Shown piece after piece: positions 10,401 to 23,563 of a DNA stretch of 64,000 nt. The notes beneath the pieces are model-generated. The model was not told the DNA's origin and made no database searches. It saw nothing but the letters and a program-made list of their open reading frames with translations. Each line of letters opens with the position of its first letter. Within the stretch, counting starts at the first letter, position 1. Source of the stretch: Octopus bimaculoides (taxonomy: Eukaryota); the NCBI RefSeq assembly GCF_001194135.2, contig NC_068981.1, forward strand, positions 154,394,741 through 154,458,740, written 5' to 3'. A program made the position numbers and the translations under genes.

Positions 10401-13400
10401 GAGGGCTGGCAAGCCAGGAGGCNNNNNNNNNNGGATGGTTTGACTGAGGGCTGGCAAGCCAGGAGGCTGCACCGATCTGATCTGGCAAGGTTTCTACAGC
10501 TGGATGCCCTTCCTAACGCCAACCACTCCTACAGTGTAGTGGATGCTTTTTATGTGCCACCGGCACGGGAGCCAGTCAGGTGGCATTGGCATTGACCATG
10601 CTCGAACGGTGCCTTTTTACATGCCAACAGCTTGGGTATCAGTCAGATGGCACTGACATTGGTCACACTCAAATGGTGCGTTTTATGTGTCACCATCACG
10701 GGAGCCAGTCAGGCAGCACTGGCATCAACCATGCTCGAATGGTGCTTATTACATGCCAGCACAGATGCCAGTGAAGTGGCACTGGCATTGGCTACGACTA
10801 CGATTTCACTTGACTCAACAGGTCTTCTCAAGCACAGCATATTGCCTGACGATTGAAGGGTGCTTTTAACTGGGCCAGTTATGCGACACTGGCATCGACC
10901 ACAGCTACAACCTTACTTTGCTTGCCAGGTTCTCTCAAGCACAGCATATCTCCAAAGGTCTCGGTCACTTGTCATTTTCTTTGTGAGGCCCAATTTTCGA
11001 AACTTGTGCTTCTCCACCTCATCCCATGTCTTCCTGGGTCTATCTTTTCCACAGGTTCCCCCCCCACACACACACATGCATATATAAGTTCATGTGTGTG
11101 TGTAAATATACATACACACACACATACACACATTGACACAAATCTACATATACATGTGTGTGAATCAAACAATAAGCAACACGGATTTCAAAAGTGATTG
11201 CAGTACGCACGTTTCATGCTACTTCAATTTATTTAAGTAATGTGAGCATTACCTTAAATGCAATATGAAGAGCAATCTTCAGCTGCACGAAAATGTAGAA
11301 AATGTAGAAAAAAGACATATTATAAATGTGGCAACATATTAAATCCAAGTGGGAGAGAGCATATATAAAATCCAAATGTGAGGAAGAATATATAAGTCCA
11401 TCTTGACATAGCGGGGTCTATCAGGCTAGTAATTGATTCTAGACAAAAGTTTTAACTGTCTCAGAATTCTATTGTTTCTACTCGCACTTTTAANNNNNNN
11501 NNNNNNNNNNNNNNNNNNNNNNNNNNNNNNNNNNNNNNNNNNNNNNNNNNNNNNNNNNNNNNNNNNNNNNNNNNNNNNNNNNNNNNNNNNNNNNNNNNNN
11601 NNNNNNNNNNNNNNNNNNNNNNNNNNNNNNNNNNNNNNNNNNNNNNNNNNNNNNNNNNNNNNNNNNNNNNNNNNNNNNNNNNNNNNNNNNNNNNNNNNNN
11701 NNNNNNNNNNNNNNNNNNNNNNNNNNNNNNNNNNNNNNNNNNNNNNNNNNNNNNNNNNNNNNNNNNNNNNNNNNNNNNNNNNNNNNNNNNNNNNNNNNNN
11801 NNNNNNNNNNNNNNNNNNNNNNNNNNNNNNNNNNNNNNNNNNNNNNNNNNNNNNNNNNNNNNNNNNNNNNNNNNNNNNNNNNNNNNNNNNNNNNNNNNNN
11901 NNNNNNNNNNNNNNNNNNNNNNNNNNNNNNNNNNNNNNNNNNNNNNNNNNNNNNNNNNNNNNNNNNNNNNNNNNNNNNNNNNNNNNNNNNNNNNNNNNNN
12001 NNNNNNNNNNNNNNNNNNNNNNNNNNNNNNNNNNNNNNNNNNNNNNNNNNNNNNNNNNNNNNNNNNNNNNNNNNNNNNNNNNNATCAACATACATGCTCA
12101 TTCGCACAAATGCACACACACACACACATACATTTACAAACATGCACACATGCACTCCTGCACAGGAACAAACATATGACTGGTATGTCCAGCTTAGATC
12201 AGTTTGTCTTTTGGTTTATATATGTTGCGTGTATGTGGGGGGGGGGGATGGATGTGGGCTTTTGTATGTATGACTGAATGTGTGTGTCATAAAAATCCTT
12301 GATCTCTCACTCATCTTCCTGTAAAGTCTTTATCTATAGCCCTTCTCCTCTTAACCTTTCTTTATTTCTCAAACTCTCTTTGTTCACTTTCTTGTTATAT
12401 CAGGTGGTGTACTACACCACCTGAATAACAAAGGCTGGCAATGGTTCTTCCATATTCAGTCTTCCTTATTTTCACCTTCTACCATTCAACCTCTCTTCCA
12501 CCATGACACCTGTTTAATGAGAGGTGGCAATGAATCTGTCCATATTCAACACTCCTAGCACACTGCCATTCTTTACTGCTAGCCATCACTATTCCCTGTA
12601 TCACTCCTTATTAACATCTGTCACTATCTCCCTATTGCATTGCTCATATGCATTGCTATTCAGCATCTCTATCTCTGCCTCTCTATCTCTCTCATTCATC
12701 ATTCCCTCCTCTCACTAATTGTTTACATACACCTCTCTCACATTTCCTTTACTCCTTCTTCCATCACCTTCTTTACACTATATCACTTTGCCCCCACCTC
12801 CTATTATGCTGCCTATGTTGCTTTTCTTTTCAATCTCCTTCCCATTAATCAAATAGCTGTCTATCATTGTCCTCTTTTATTTTTCCAGCTATCACTCTAT
12901 CCCCCTCCTCTCTCTTTACTGAGCCTGATCCTTCTGTCACTGCTCTCTCTTTTCCCACCCATTCGCTTTGGTTCTTACTCTATCATCACTTTCTCTTCTC
13001 TTCAGCCTCTTATCATATTACCTGGAATGAACAGAGACTAAGCAGAGTAGAGAAAACTCTTTAGTCTTACAGAGGATAATGCAGTCTTTCTAATGCTGGT
13101 GCTATGATAAAATGCACTTTGTAAAGTGGATGGCATTTGGAAGGGCATCCAGCTAGAGAAATCATGCCAAAAATGGGCTGTTGAAGTGAGATGCAATTTC
13201 CAAACTATTGAAAAGGGCAGTACTTTCACACAAGAACTGACTTGAGCAGTAATGACCTGTCTGACACATACCAGCATGGAAAGCAGATGTAAAATGATGA
13301 TGATGTTATACTTAGAAAAATAATTAGAGTTAAAACATTTGAAATTTAATAGTTGTACAAATTTTGTTTTAGCTGATAGCTGCCATTGTTTTTTTTTTAC

Positions 13401-14749
13401 ACAACTTTTATTCTTATGTGGAGTTAAAGAGGGGTAAAAGAGAGTGTGTATGTATAGTGATGTAATGACTACTTAAGACTAAATAGTTGTAATTTCATTT
13501 ATATATTATTTTCATTTATCAGGAAAGTTATTTGTGATTCTCTTAGATTTAGAAAAATTGTGTTAGAATATCTTTTTCAGTTCTTTAAGATTTATAATGA
13601 ACTAACAATATTTCCAGAACTATAAATATAATATTTTGTTTGTGAAATGCCAGTTTCCTATCTGTTACTTTAATGTCTTAAAATTTTACTTTGTTGTTGT
13701 TGTTTGTTCCTTCTCAAGCCATGCCTAGCTCATAAGGGCCAGTTTCCTGGTTTCATTGGTGTATAGGTTCCCCACCTGGACAGGACACCAGTCCATTGCA
13801 GGTAAACTGCTAGATGCTGGAGGAACGAGTAAGAGTAAGAGAAAATGGCGAAAGAGTCAGCAGAAGTTTGCCATTACCTTCTGCTGGAGCCACAAAGAGC
13901 TTAGGTGTTTCGTTCATAAACAAACACATCACTCAGTCTGAGAGTTGAACCCGCGATCCCTCGACCGTGAGTCTGCTGCTCTAACCACTAGGCCACGTGC
14001 TTCTACAAAATTTTACTTTTCTTGTAGTAAAATGTAAACAATTGAAAATATCAATTGAACTGCTATCTAATTAATCTGCTTTTGTCCTTTATTTCCATTA
14101 ATATAGTTAAAAAGGTTTTAATGATATTTCATAGAAATTTTATGTATGGTTTCTTTTGTATCTATACTGTTTATGTTAATAGGTGTAGGTGAGTCTGTGT
14201 GGTAAGAAGTTTGCTTTCCATCCACATGGTTCCAGGTTCAGTCCAAATGTATAGTACTTTGGGCAAGTGTCTTCTACTATAGCTTCAGGCTGACCAAGAC
14301 TTTGTGAGTGGATTTGGTAGACAGAAACTGAAAGAAGCCCATCATATATATATACACACATAAATATATATGCATGCATGTATGTGTGTGTGTGTTTTTG
14401 CATCTTGTGTTTCTTCCCTACCACTGCTTGACAACAAGTATTGGTGTTTTTATGTTCTTATAACTTAGTGGTTCAGCAAAAGAAACTAGGCTTAAAGATA
14501 AAATAAGTACTGGAGTTGAGCCATTGGACTAAAATTCTTCAAGGTGATGCCCCAGCATGGCCACAGTCTAATGACTAAAACAATTAAAATACAAAAAATA
14601 TATATGTTTACTTTGGTTATTAATAAGTTATCTAAGCTAATAATAAAGCTACTTCTGATTAAACAAATATGTATAGCAATCCTTAATAACTCTCTTCTAA
14701 TGCAGCAAACTCAGTAAACATTTAAAATTGTTTAGTGTTAGTACTAATT

Positions 14750-14780
<31 letters not shown>

Positions 14781-15338
14781 GGGAGAATATACAAAAAATA
14801 ACAACAGACGAGGACAGGTGGTGTAAATAACAAAAGTATATATTAGTATGACGCTCGGGAATACGGAAAGTCTTTGACGTTTCGAGCTACGCTCTTCAAC
14901 AGAAAGAATACNNNNNNNNNNATATATATATATATATATATATATAATCTTTGCAGCTGATTATGTGTTCTCATTTGATAGTCACACACTGACTACTGTA
15001 ATTGTTAGTGTTGAGGACATCAGATGGGAGATTATAAGAGTTATTTGCATTTTACACTTAATACATTTAATATAGGGACAGCATCTAAATGCCTGTGAGA
15101 GAAGTAGAGAATAGAAAGGGGGAAAGAAAGAAAAGGAACTATGTCAATCCTATACTACAAATTTCAGACAGTACACTTACTTGTTTACATTGGTGAATTT
15201 AATCTACAGTGGTAGTTATATGAAAGGGATTGATGTCCTAGCTTTTACGTGCATGCATATATACACCAACTCTACATATTTCCATCACAAATATATATCA
15301 AATATTCTGTCATTCTTTTAGAAAACTGTTTCCTTGTC

Positions 15339-15388
<50 letters not shown>

Positions 15389-18300
15389 ACACACACACAC
15401 GCACACACCATTTACTTAGAGCTGGTGGATTGATAAGGTTCCACTGTCACTTCATTGTTTTCAGCAGCTGAGACATTTAATTCTTGCTGGATCTGTTGAT
15501 TTAGCTGTAAATAGCTAATATAACTAGATACAGCTCACTGCTGTAAAGAAAGAGCAGTAGCACTTTATAAATAACTGATATTGTGTTAGCTTGCTGTTCT
15601 ATGTTCAAGATTTGAATGAACTTGGGAACCTGATTCAGTATTCAGCTTAGTGAGAAGTTCTGTTGCCATAGTTCTTGGATTTGTACTTTATATTTTGTAT
15701 GATAATAAAATTTATATTTCATTTCCTTATATTAATTATAAGCTGGAATTAAACAGCAAATATGTTTATAATTGGAGATGGCCATTCTTTCTGCCAATTA
15801 TTTTGTTTAAGTATTTTGTGCAAACATACAAAACTAAAGTACATAACAATAAAAAATGAATACATTATTTCTGTATTCTTATTGTTGATGCTATCTAAAA
15901 CTGACAAATGACATGAAGGTAGCGGTCAAGGGATAAACATTTCATCTTTGTGATTTCAACTTCTCTATGATTTGAACATTTCAACTTTTCTATGATTTAG
16001 GACTTGAAATGTGTGATTTCTATATTGAAGGAAAAGGGTGATGGAAGATTTAGTTGTTGCATTGTGTAGATGATTATTACCATAAAAGCTCTGTGATAAG
16101 ATCAATGTACGTTTCAGTACTGTACTTTTGATATATTTTGTCTAGAATATGTTGCTGGTAGATTCTTGGTTGTTCATTTAAGGTTGTTTTGGTGTTGTTT
16201 ACTCCCAGATCAGCCCAGTTGTAGCAGATTTATGATCAAAAGTTGCTCCAGTTTTGACTATTCTGTTATTTAACACACACACACACACACACACAGGCAT
16301 GCATGCATGCACACACACATGCAAAGGTACACATGCATGCACACACACAGAGAGGCATGCATGCACACATACACACACATGCACACACCTTATGAACCTA
16401 CATGCATACGTATATACACAAATACATATACTTCTTTCAGTTTCTGTCTACTCTGTCAGATCCGCTCACTAAGCTTTGGTCAACCTGGGACTATAGAAGA
16501 AGACACTTGCCTGATAAATCAACTAATTTCTCTCTAGTCCATGTAGCCACTCTTCCTTCTGACTTTACTTTATTGTTATAAACATTATTTCCCTTCTGAT
16601 TTACTGACCATGCAACCTACCCATCAAATAATATGTAGTTCAATGATTTAAATAAATACTGAAACACTTAGATAACTTTAAGAACCTGGACATAATATAT
16701 CTTCAGTATGCTTAAGAATGTTCTCTGGCATGCCATATATGTTAGAAAACACTTGAAATATGTTTTTTTTGTTTTTGTAGAATTATTAGAAGAATATTTA
16801 TTCTATACATTTTATCTTCATTGTTAATATTCATCATTAAACTAAACAATGGTAGTGAACTGGCATGCATGGGCAATTGAAAATCTTCCTCAAAAACTTT
16901 TGCCCACCCAGGCCTGCATATATATGTGTAAATGCATGATCTACTAAGTATTTCAAAATACATCATCTTGAAGTATTTTTAATACTGTCACATAAAAACC
17001 TTCATTAATTTTCCTGGTAAGTACATGCTGAAACGCACATATATTAGGTGTGAATGAGTGATTAAATTTGATTATCATACTGTATTGCTTTCAGCTGTTA
17101 TCTAGTAGTACATAGTTACATATTAAGATAAGTTGAATTAGATATAGATTAAGATAAATTTATGTCGTATAAATTTTGTGATTATGGAAGTTGGTGTCAA
17201 GGGTAGAATGTTACACTAGTTGTATTCATATGCTTTCACTGTTGACTTTGATATTATCTCCATGGATCAACAAAATAGGCACCAGTAATATACCAAAGTT
17301 AAATTATAATGTCTTTATGTCCAACTAAAATAGATAGATGTTAACTTATATTATTGTCAGTTTGTTTTAGTTTATTCATCAAGGATATTTAATATTATAT
17401 TTTATAAATGCCTTGTCTAAGCACAATCATTTTATTTCTATATTGTGAATGCTTATTGGCTTCTAGATATTCATTAGGTATTTTCCATCCTGTAAAGTGG
17501 TTGGTGTTAAGAAGGGCATCTAGCTGTAAAACCATGTCATAGCAGACATTGCAGCTCAGTGCAGTACTTAGACACATTGGATCCAGTCAAACCATCCTAC
17601 TCATGCCAACATGGAACAGGGATATTAGATAATGATGATGATGATTTTTTTACATTTTACTGTACGAAAATAATTTACTTATCTGCTAATCAAAAACATA
17701 TTTTTTGTGAGTTTAAGTTTTAATAAGCAAAGTCATTGCATTTCTTTTTTCTACAAGCCATATTAGATATGCTTATACTCTGAAGCTACAAACGTATAGA
17801 TGGTTATCAGAATACAGATAAATTAACTATCGTACAAAGTACAAGTAACATTTACATCTTCCCATAGAAATATAAAAAGGAAAAATAAACACTTCAATAT
17901 TCTGTTTAATTTTTATTCAGATTCAGTGATAAATATTGAAAATCCCCTCTTTCTTTTTTAACACAGGTCAAGTCAACCAGTTGCTGAAATACCAACTGAT
18001 AAAGCTCCATGTACTCCACGTAAACAACAACATTATACTAGTCATCACCACCTTACTGAACCTGTGACTTCTTGTGAAAAGCAAGAAGCTTCAGAAGGCG
18101 TTGAAACTGTTGTTAAATTAAGCGGATCTGTTGCAGAAAGGTAAATTTATAAAGTTATTTTAATTTCACTTTATATAGATAAAAATTAACAAAAAAAATA
18201 TACCACATACAAAAATTTTTTAATTTTATTAGGCCCTTTAAAACAAGTTTTAAAATAGTTTTCCTTCTCTATGAAGCATACAAATGCACTTAAGCATGTG

Positions 18301-21300
18301 TGTGCATATTATTCAGTAAGTTTTGTATATTTTAAGAAAATATTTTATCAAGGTAATGAATGAACGTATTTAAGGTAGAATTCATTTTGTTCCTATAAAA
18401 CATAACAAAGATCTTTTAGATTTCAGGACATGGTAGTCCAGAATTAGATAACAAAATGCATTTTATTTCAGCTGCAGCTCTAATCATCTTGGTTGGTTAT
18501 AAAAGTATCCACATATCATAATTCAAATGTGTTGGTATTTATTCACCTATTTAGAAGTTGTAGTATTTCTGTGATGAATTTTTGGAACAGATGCAAAACT
18601 GTTGTGTTTATTTTATTGCTTTTAAAATGAAATTATTACATATTATAACCTTTATAGTGTTTGACTTGTCATTATGCAACAGCTGCATATGACAAACTAG
18701 ATGTAACATTTGCAGTAGCTGAAAACTTTGTTGGTTTAGAGTGTCAGATCTCTGATGTCATATTTACTCATTTTGAGAATATTCCTTCCTCTATGATAAC
18801 ACTTATCTGGCATTATATTTAATAATTTTGTGAAATAATTACTGTGAATTTCAAACTTTCTATCAGTTATATCATGCATGTATAAATAAAAACACAACAG
18901 TTTCTAAATCCAGTTCCTCTTCAATATCTTGACTCCTAAAGAATAAGAGATAAATTGTTTAAATGTGGTTTCTAATCAAAGCAATTTGTATTTTTGCAAT
19001 TAGCTGTTTATTCATTCTAAATAGTTTGGAGATGTTTCCACTCATAACGAATTTTCTATTTGTCTAGTGACATTATGCATACTATTACAGGTTTTCAGGC
19101 AATATGCAAATATAAATGAAATAAACCGAAAGGTTACAAAAAATAAATGTATAAATGAAAAATATAAAATATTCATAGAAAAGGAAAGTTTTCATACAGT
19201 TGGACTGATGTTTAAAAAATTTTTTAGGATTGTATTCTGTGCGAGAGAGAGAGAGCAGGGAAGAGTGGGCAAGCATACAGACATAAAGCATGTGAGCTAT
19301 GTAAATATTGGTGACATGGAGTTGTAATGGAGCAGGTAGTAGGAACAATAGTGTTGTAGTTTACATACATGATTGAAGTTATTGAACTAAGGAATTCTTT
19401 TCTCTTTGTAGTGAGAAAGATATTCTGTTTGTTAGAAACAAATTCAGTTGTCATAATAACATAATCTTTCCAGACAAATCATGTAGGGTTTCTTCTTTGA
19501 AGTTCTCAGCCTGCTTCATTGACTATTAAGTGCAACTGTATTCTAAAAGACTGTAAATTGGGAATTTCTGGTTCTTGATGATAAACCTCAACGTCAAGAA
19601 AGTTCAAGGATTCCTTTTACAAATTTTTTTTAGTAAATAGGATGAAGACGACAGAGTCAGCTATTGGGGAATGATGAGGAGACTTAAAATAAAGAACTTT
19701 TAGTAGAACAAAGTTCATGTCAATCTGAAATCAGTATCTCCATATGAACAAGATATCTTGTAGTCATTCTGAAATAAGAGATGCCAGTAGCAAGCATTAC
19801 AATGTATATAACCTTCACAATAATAAATTCTTAGTAAGACTTGATGCTCAGAGCATGTAAGAGAATATCTGCCAAATTTATGAACACTAAAGAGCATCTC
19901 TTCTTTGAAGAAGAAAAAAAAAGGCTCACCAATATAAAATTGTTGTAAGAAATTAAGCAAAATGTTTTAATGTAGATTAATTATACTTAACCAAGTAGTA
20001 TGAATTATATACTTAAGTAGCTGTCTGAGAGTTCTATATATGTTTGTGTGTTATATGTAAATGCACAGATACATGTATATATACATATACCTAGACATGT
20101 GTTTGTATGTGCAGGCACATGTGTTATGCAGATATACAGAAGAAAAAGTACCAAATACATATGAGCAGAATTTATTCATTCAAAGTGAATGAGTCATGCA
20201 ATGACAATTCTTAGTTTTTTGTAAGTATGCATTATGTGACGAAGGAATGAATAGTTAAGGAACATGACTACTATCCATCTTAGGTTTCATTGGCCAGCTT
20301 TGGTCTGATGTTTATCTGAACGGTATAACATGACAGCATAGATTTCCAGGATGTTTTTAGTTGGGAGAGTTACCATAGCAATTCTGCTGCTCTCTCTCAC
20401 ATAGGTTCTAGCAGGTGGACATCACAGGGGTAGAAAGTTTATTTATTTATTTATTATTTCATATTGCTGTATTCTGAATGAAAGCTCTATTGGTTACAAG
20501 CTTTCAAGAAGCCAAGTACTGGTTTAATGTATTTCAGGCAGTAACAAGGAGGTGTCTCACATGATGTAAAGGACTTAAGTCTGTCAAACACTGCTTATTG
20601 GGTTTTCTTGACGTTGTGTTTATCATGTACATATGAAGCAATGAATGATACATACAAACATAAATACACATGGATAGTGTGTGCATGCACGTGTGCACAC
20701 ACACACACAAATATATTTTGAGTCTTGCATAGTCTCTAGCGACCAAATTTTACTATCAAGGATAAGTCATCATAAGGCTAAAGTATAAAACATGCCCTAA
20801 GTGCTGTGGTGTGGGTTTGAACCCAGAGCCACATGGTTTCAAAGTGAACTTAACTGCACATCCATACCTAATACTATGTGTATGTTAGCTATAGCTCGGC
20901 CATTGCCAGTGTCCCACGAGGGTAGAATATGGTTATTCCTTCTGTATTTGGAAGGTGTATTGTCAGTAATATTTATTCTCATAAACAGGTATATTAATAT
21001 TTCTGAGAAGATCCATTTGACACAAACATGTTTATAAGTGGGTGGTGTTAGAATATGCGCAAGAGGGTTTACTATAGTTATTTGGGTGAAATAAAAATAA
21101 CTTTCACGTCAATTTAAAAAGTAAAGCATTGCTTTCTCAGTTTTTCTTTTGGGATTCATTAGTCCTTCAGAATTTGGATTTAGTATTACTTTGTCTTTTT
21201 AGATTTTGAATTTTCCTTATAGTTTTTAAATAATGATTAATATGAAAAATAGTACAATGTAATATAAATTTGCTATATAATGTTTGAAACATTGCTTTAT

Positions 21301-22911
21301 AGTTTTTATCTTTTAGAAAATATTTATTGAATAAGCTTAAATATGATATTTACACAAAATGCTAATATTGCAAATCATCTATCTTTCTTTTGAAAAGCTA
21401 TCTCTAGATACATCTATATCTGAAACAGCTATAATAATTAGTTTAAAATTTTAGCAATATAATGCTTAGTTCTCTTTACAACTCTCTCTTACTCTGTCTT
21501 TCTCTTTATATGTATTCATATTTACATACAGACACACATCATGCCATTGTATTTTTTTAATAAAAATTATTGTCATTTGACATCATATGCTGTAGGTAAC
21601 AGTACTTTAAAACTAAAAGTAAAATTTGAAGTGTCTTTTGTTAATCAATCAAAATCTGATAATGTTAATTATCCTTTGTATGTTTTTCTTGGTAATGGCC
21701 ATTTGGGATGTTGATTATTTTGCCTTGTCATTGTCTTTGTTTTGTTCTGTACTACTGTGAGAAAATGTCAACTAATTTGTTGATCTTCCAGAGATAATTC
21801 TCCTCAGATGTCAGTTGATGATCTTGGCTTACCAGCCAACAGGCAAGTTACTGCGTATGACTAGAGTAGTCGATGCACTAGCACACCAGCTATGAAAAAT
21901 CATTGCACATGCTGATTTATCCTATTAATTTGATCAGCCAAAATATAAATTGATTGTATGCCATAACCCATACTTATTTCACTCAGTCAAACTGGTTTGT
22001 TCTTGCTATCAGTAGAAGTCAGTATACCAGTAATGTTGTGTGTTGTTTGTTATCTTTCTTATCTCATACCTCTTTCCTTTTTACTTTTTATTTTAAATCC
22101 TGTTTTTATATTTCCAAGTATGAATGTGTGTATCTGATTCAAGAAATGAAATAGAAAGCAGACACAAGAGATACAAATCTATGTGATGATCAGAGAAGTT
22201 TCAGGTCTATAAGCTTATAAAGAATAAATACTAAAATAAACATTGACCTATCACAGCCTCTTAACATGGAATAAAAACCTATTTTAATGTACGTTTAGTA
22301 TATCTATATAAGAGGTATCAGTTTATTATACATAAAAGGTGAGAGCACTCAGTAATGGGTTGAAAGAGTTGAATGTAATACAACTAAGTTTTGAAATTGG
22401 CTATGAATTATTTCCTTTAGTTATGTCATAATGACATGAAGCATTTGTTGCACCTCTGGAAGAAGGAAAATGTGGAAAGATTTGGCCCAAGAATACAGGG
22501 CACTAGATATTCAAGGAAAACCTCTAATGCATGAGAACCAACTGGCAGAGTTCAGAAGGATTGCAACAGACTGATCTTATTAAAGAAAGCCTACTGCTTT
22601 ATGCACCTCACATGTGCATATATGCATGTGTATATGCATACATACATGTATTTGTGTGTGTGTGTTTCTTTCATGCTCCTTTTGGTAGTAATTTATGGCT
22701 GGATGCCCTTCCTGTTGCTAACTCTTACCTGCTTTTCAAGTAAAAGACCTCTTTATTCCACTTGTATTCAAAATTGAAGAGAAGCTGGCCATAATGTTAA
22801 CCAGGAATGTAAACATTATATCACCATTTCACTCAATCAAAGCCGAGTGAAGGTGTAGAATGTCAACATTCAAGTGTGTGCACACGCATATGCATGTGCA
22901 CACACACACAT

Positions 22912-23010
<99 letters not shown>

Positions 23011-23515
23011 CTTTTTTCAGTTTCTTCCTACACAGACTTTGGTTAGCTTGGCGAGGCTACAGTAGAAGACACTTGCTCAAGGTGTCATGTACTGGGACTG
23101 AACCTGAAATCGTGGTTGCAAAACAAACTTCTTAACCACACATCCATGCCTGCACATACCATAATCACATATATATGTATGTGAATATGTATGAACTGTT
23201 GAAAATACCTCATAACTTTGATTGGATCACTGGATCTTGATTGAGGACTTCAACTTGACAGGTGTGTTGAGTGAAATATGTTTTTAGGTGGGGCCTTTTC
23301 TTTAATTGACTTTTGACCACAGCCAGAAATTGAAGATGTATGAGGTGTAAAGTTAAATGTTACTGACTTAATCAGGTGTAATTGTCATATAATATGACAA
23401 TTATATATATATGTGTGTATACACACACATAATATACACACATATATACACACATGTACACACACATTATGTATGCATATATGTCTATATTTACATATGT
23501 GTCATGTATGTGTGC

Positions 23516-23563
<48 letters not shown>

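Noticed and set aside
10388-10467. 35-bp direct repeat flanking a 10-N gap
   Set aside because: Identical sequence on both sides of a placeholder gap is the signature of an unmerged contig overlap, not a biological repeat.
10541-10925. CRISPR-like array
   Set aside because: Whole units are degenerate copies of each other with no unique spacers, there are no cas genes, and the context is a eukaryotic LINE 3' UTR.
11426-12179. Long ORFs in the track at 9186-9575, 11426-12179 and 25230-25688
   Set aside because: They are open only because they cross N runs.
12524-13064. Overlapping hydrophobic ORFs
   Set aside because: All three frames give L/S/F-rich text because the DNA is C/T low-complexity; there is no coding signal.
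19641-19703. Possible extra exon after taaatag in intron 2
   Set aside because: There is a stop within 11 codons in the required phase, a poor pyrimidine tract and no good donor.
22860-23135. His/Thr-repeat and Ile/Tyr-repeat ORFs
   Set aside because: They are translations of (CA)n and (TA)n microsatellites.
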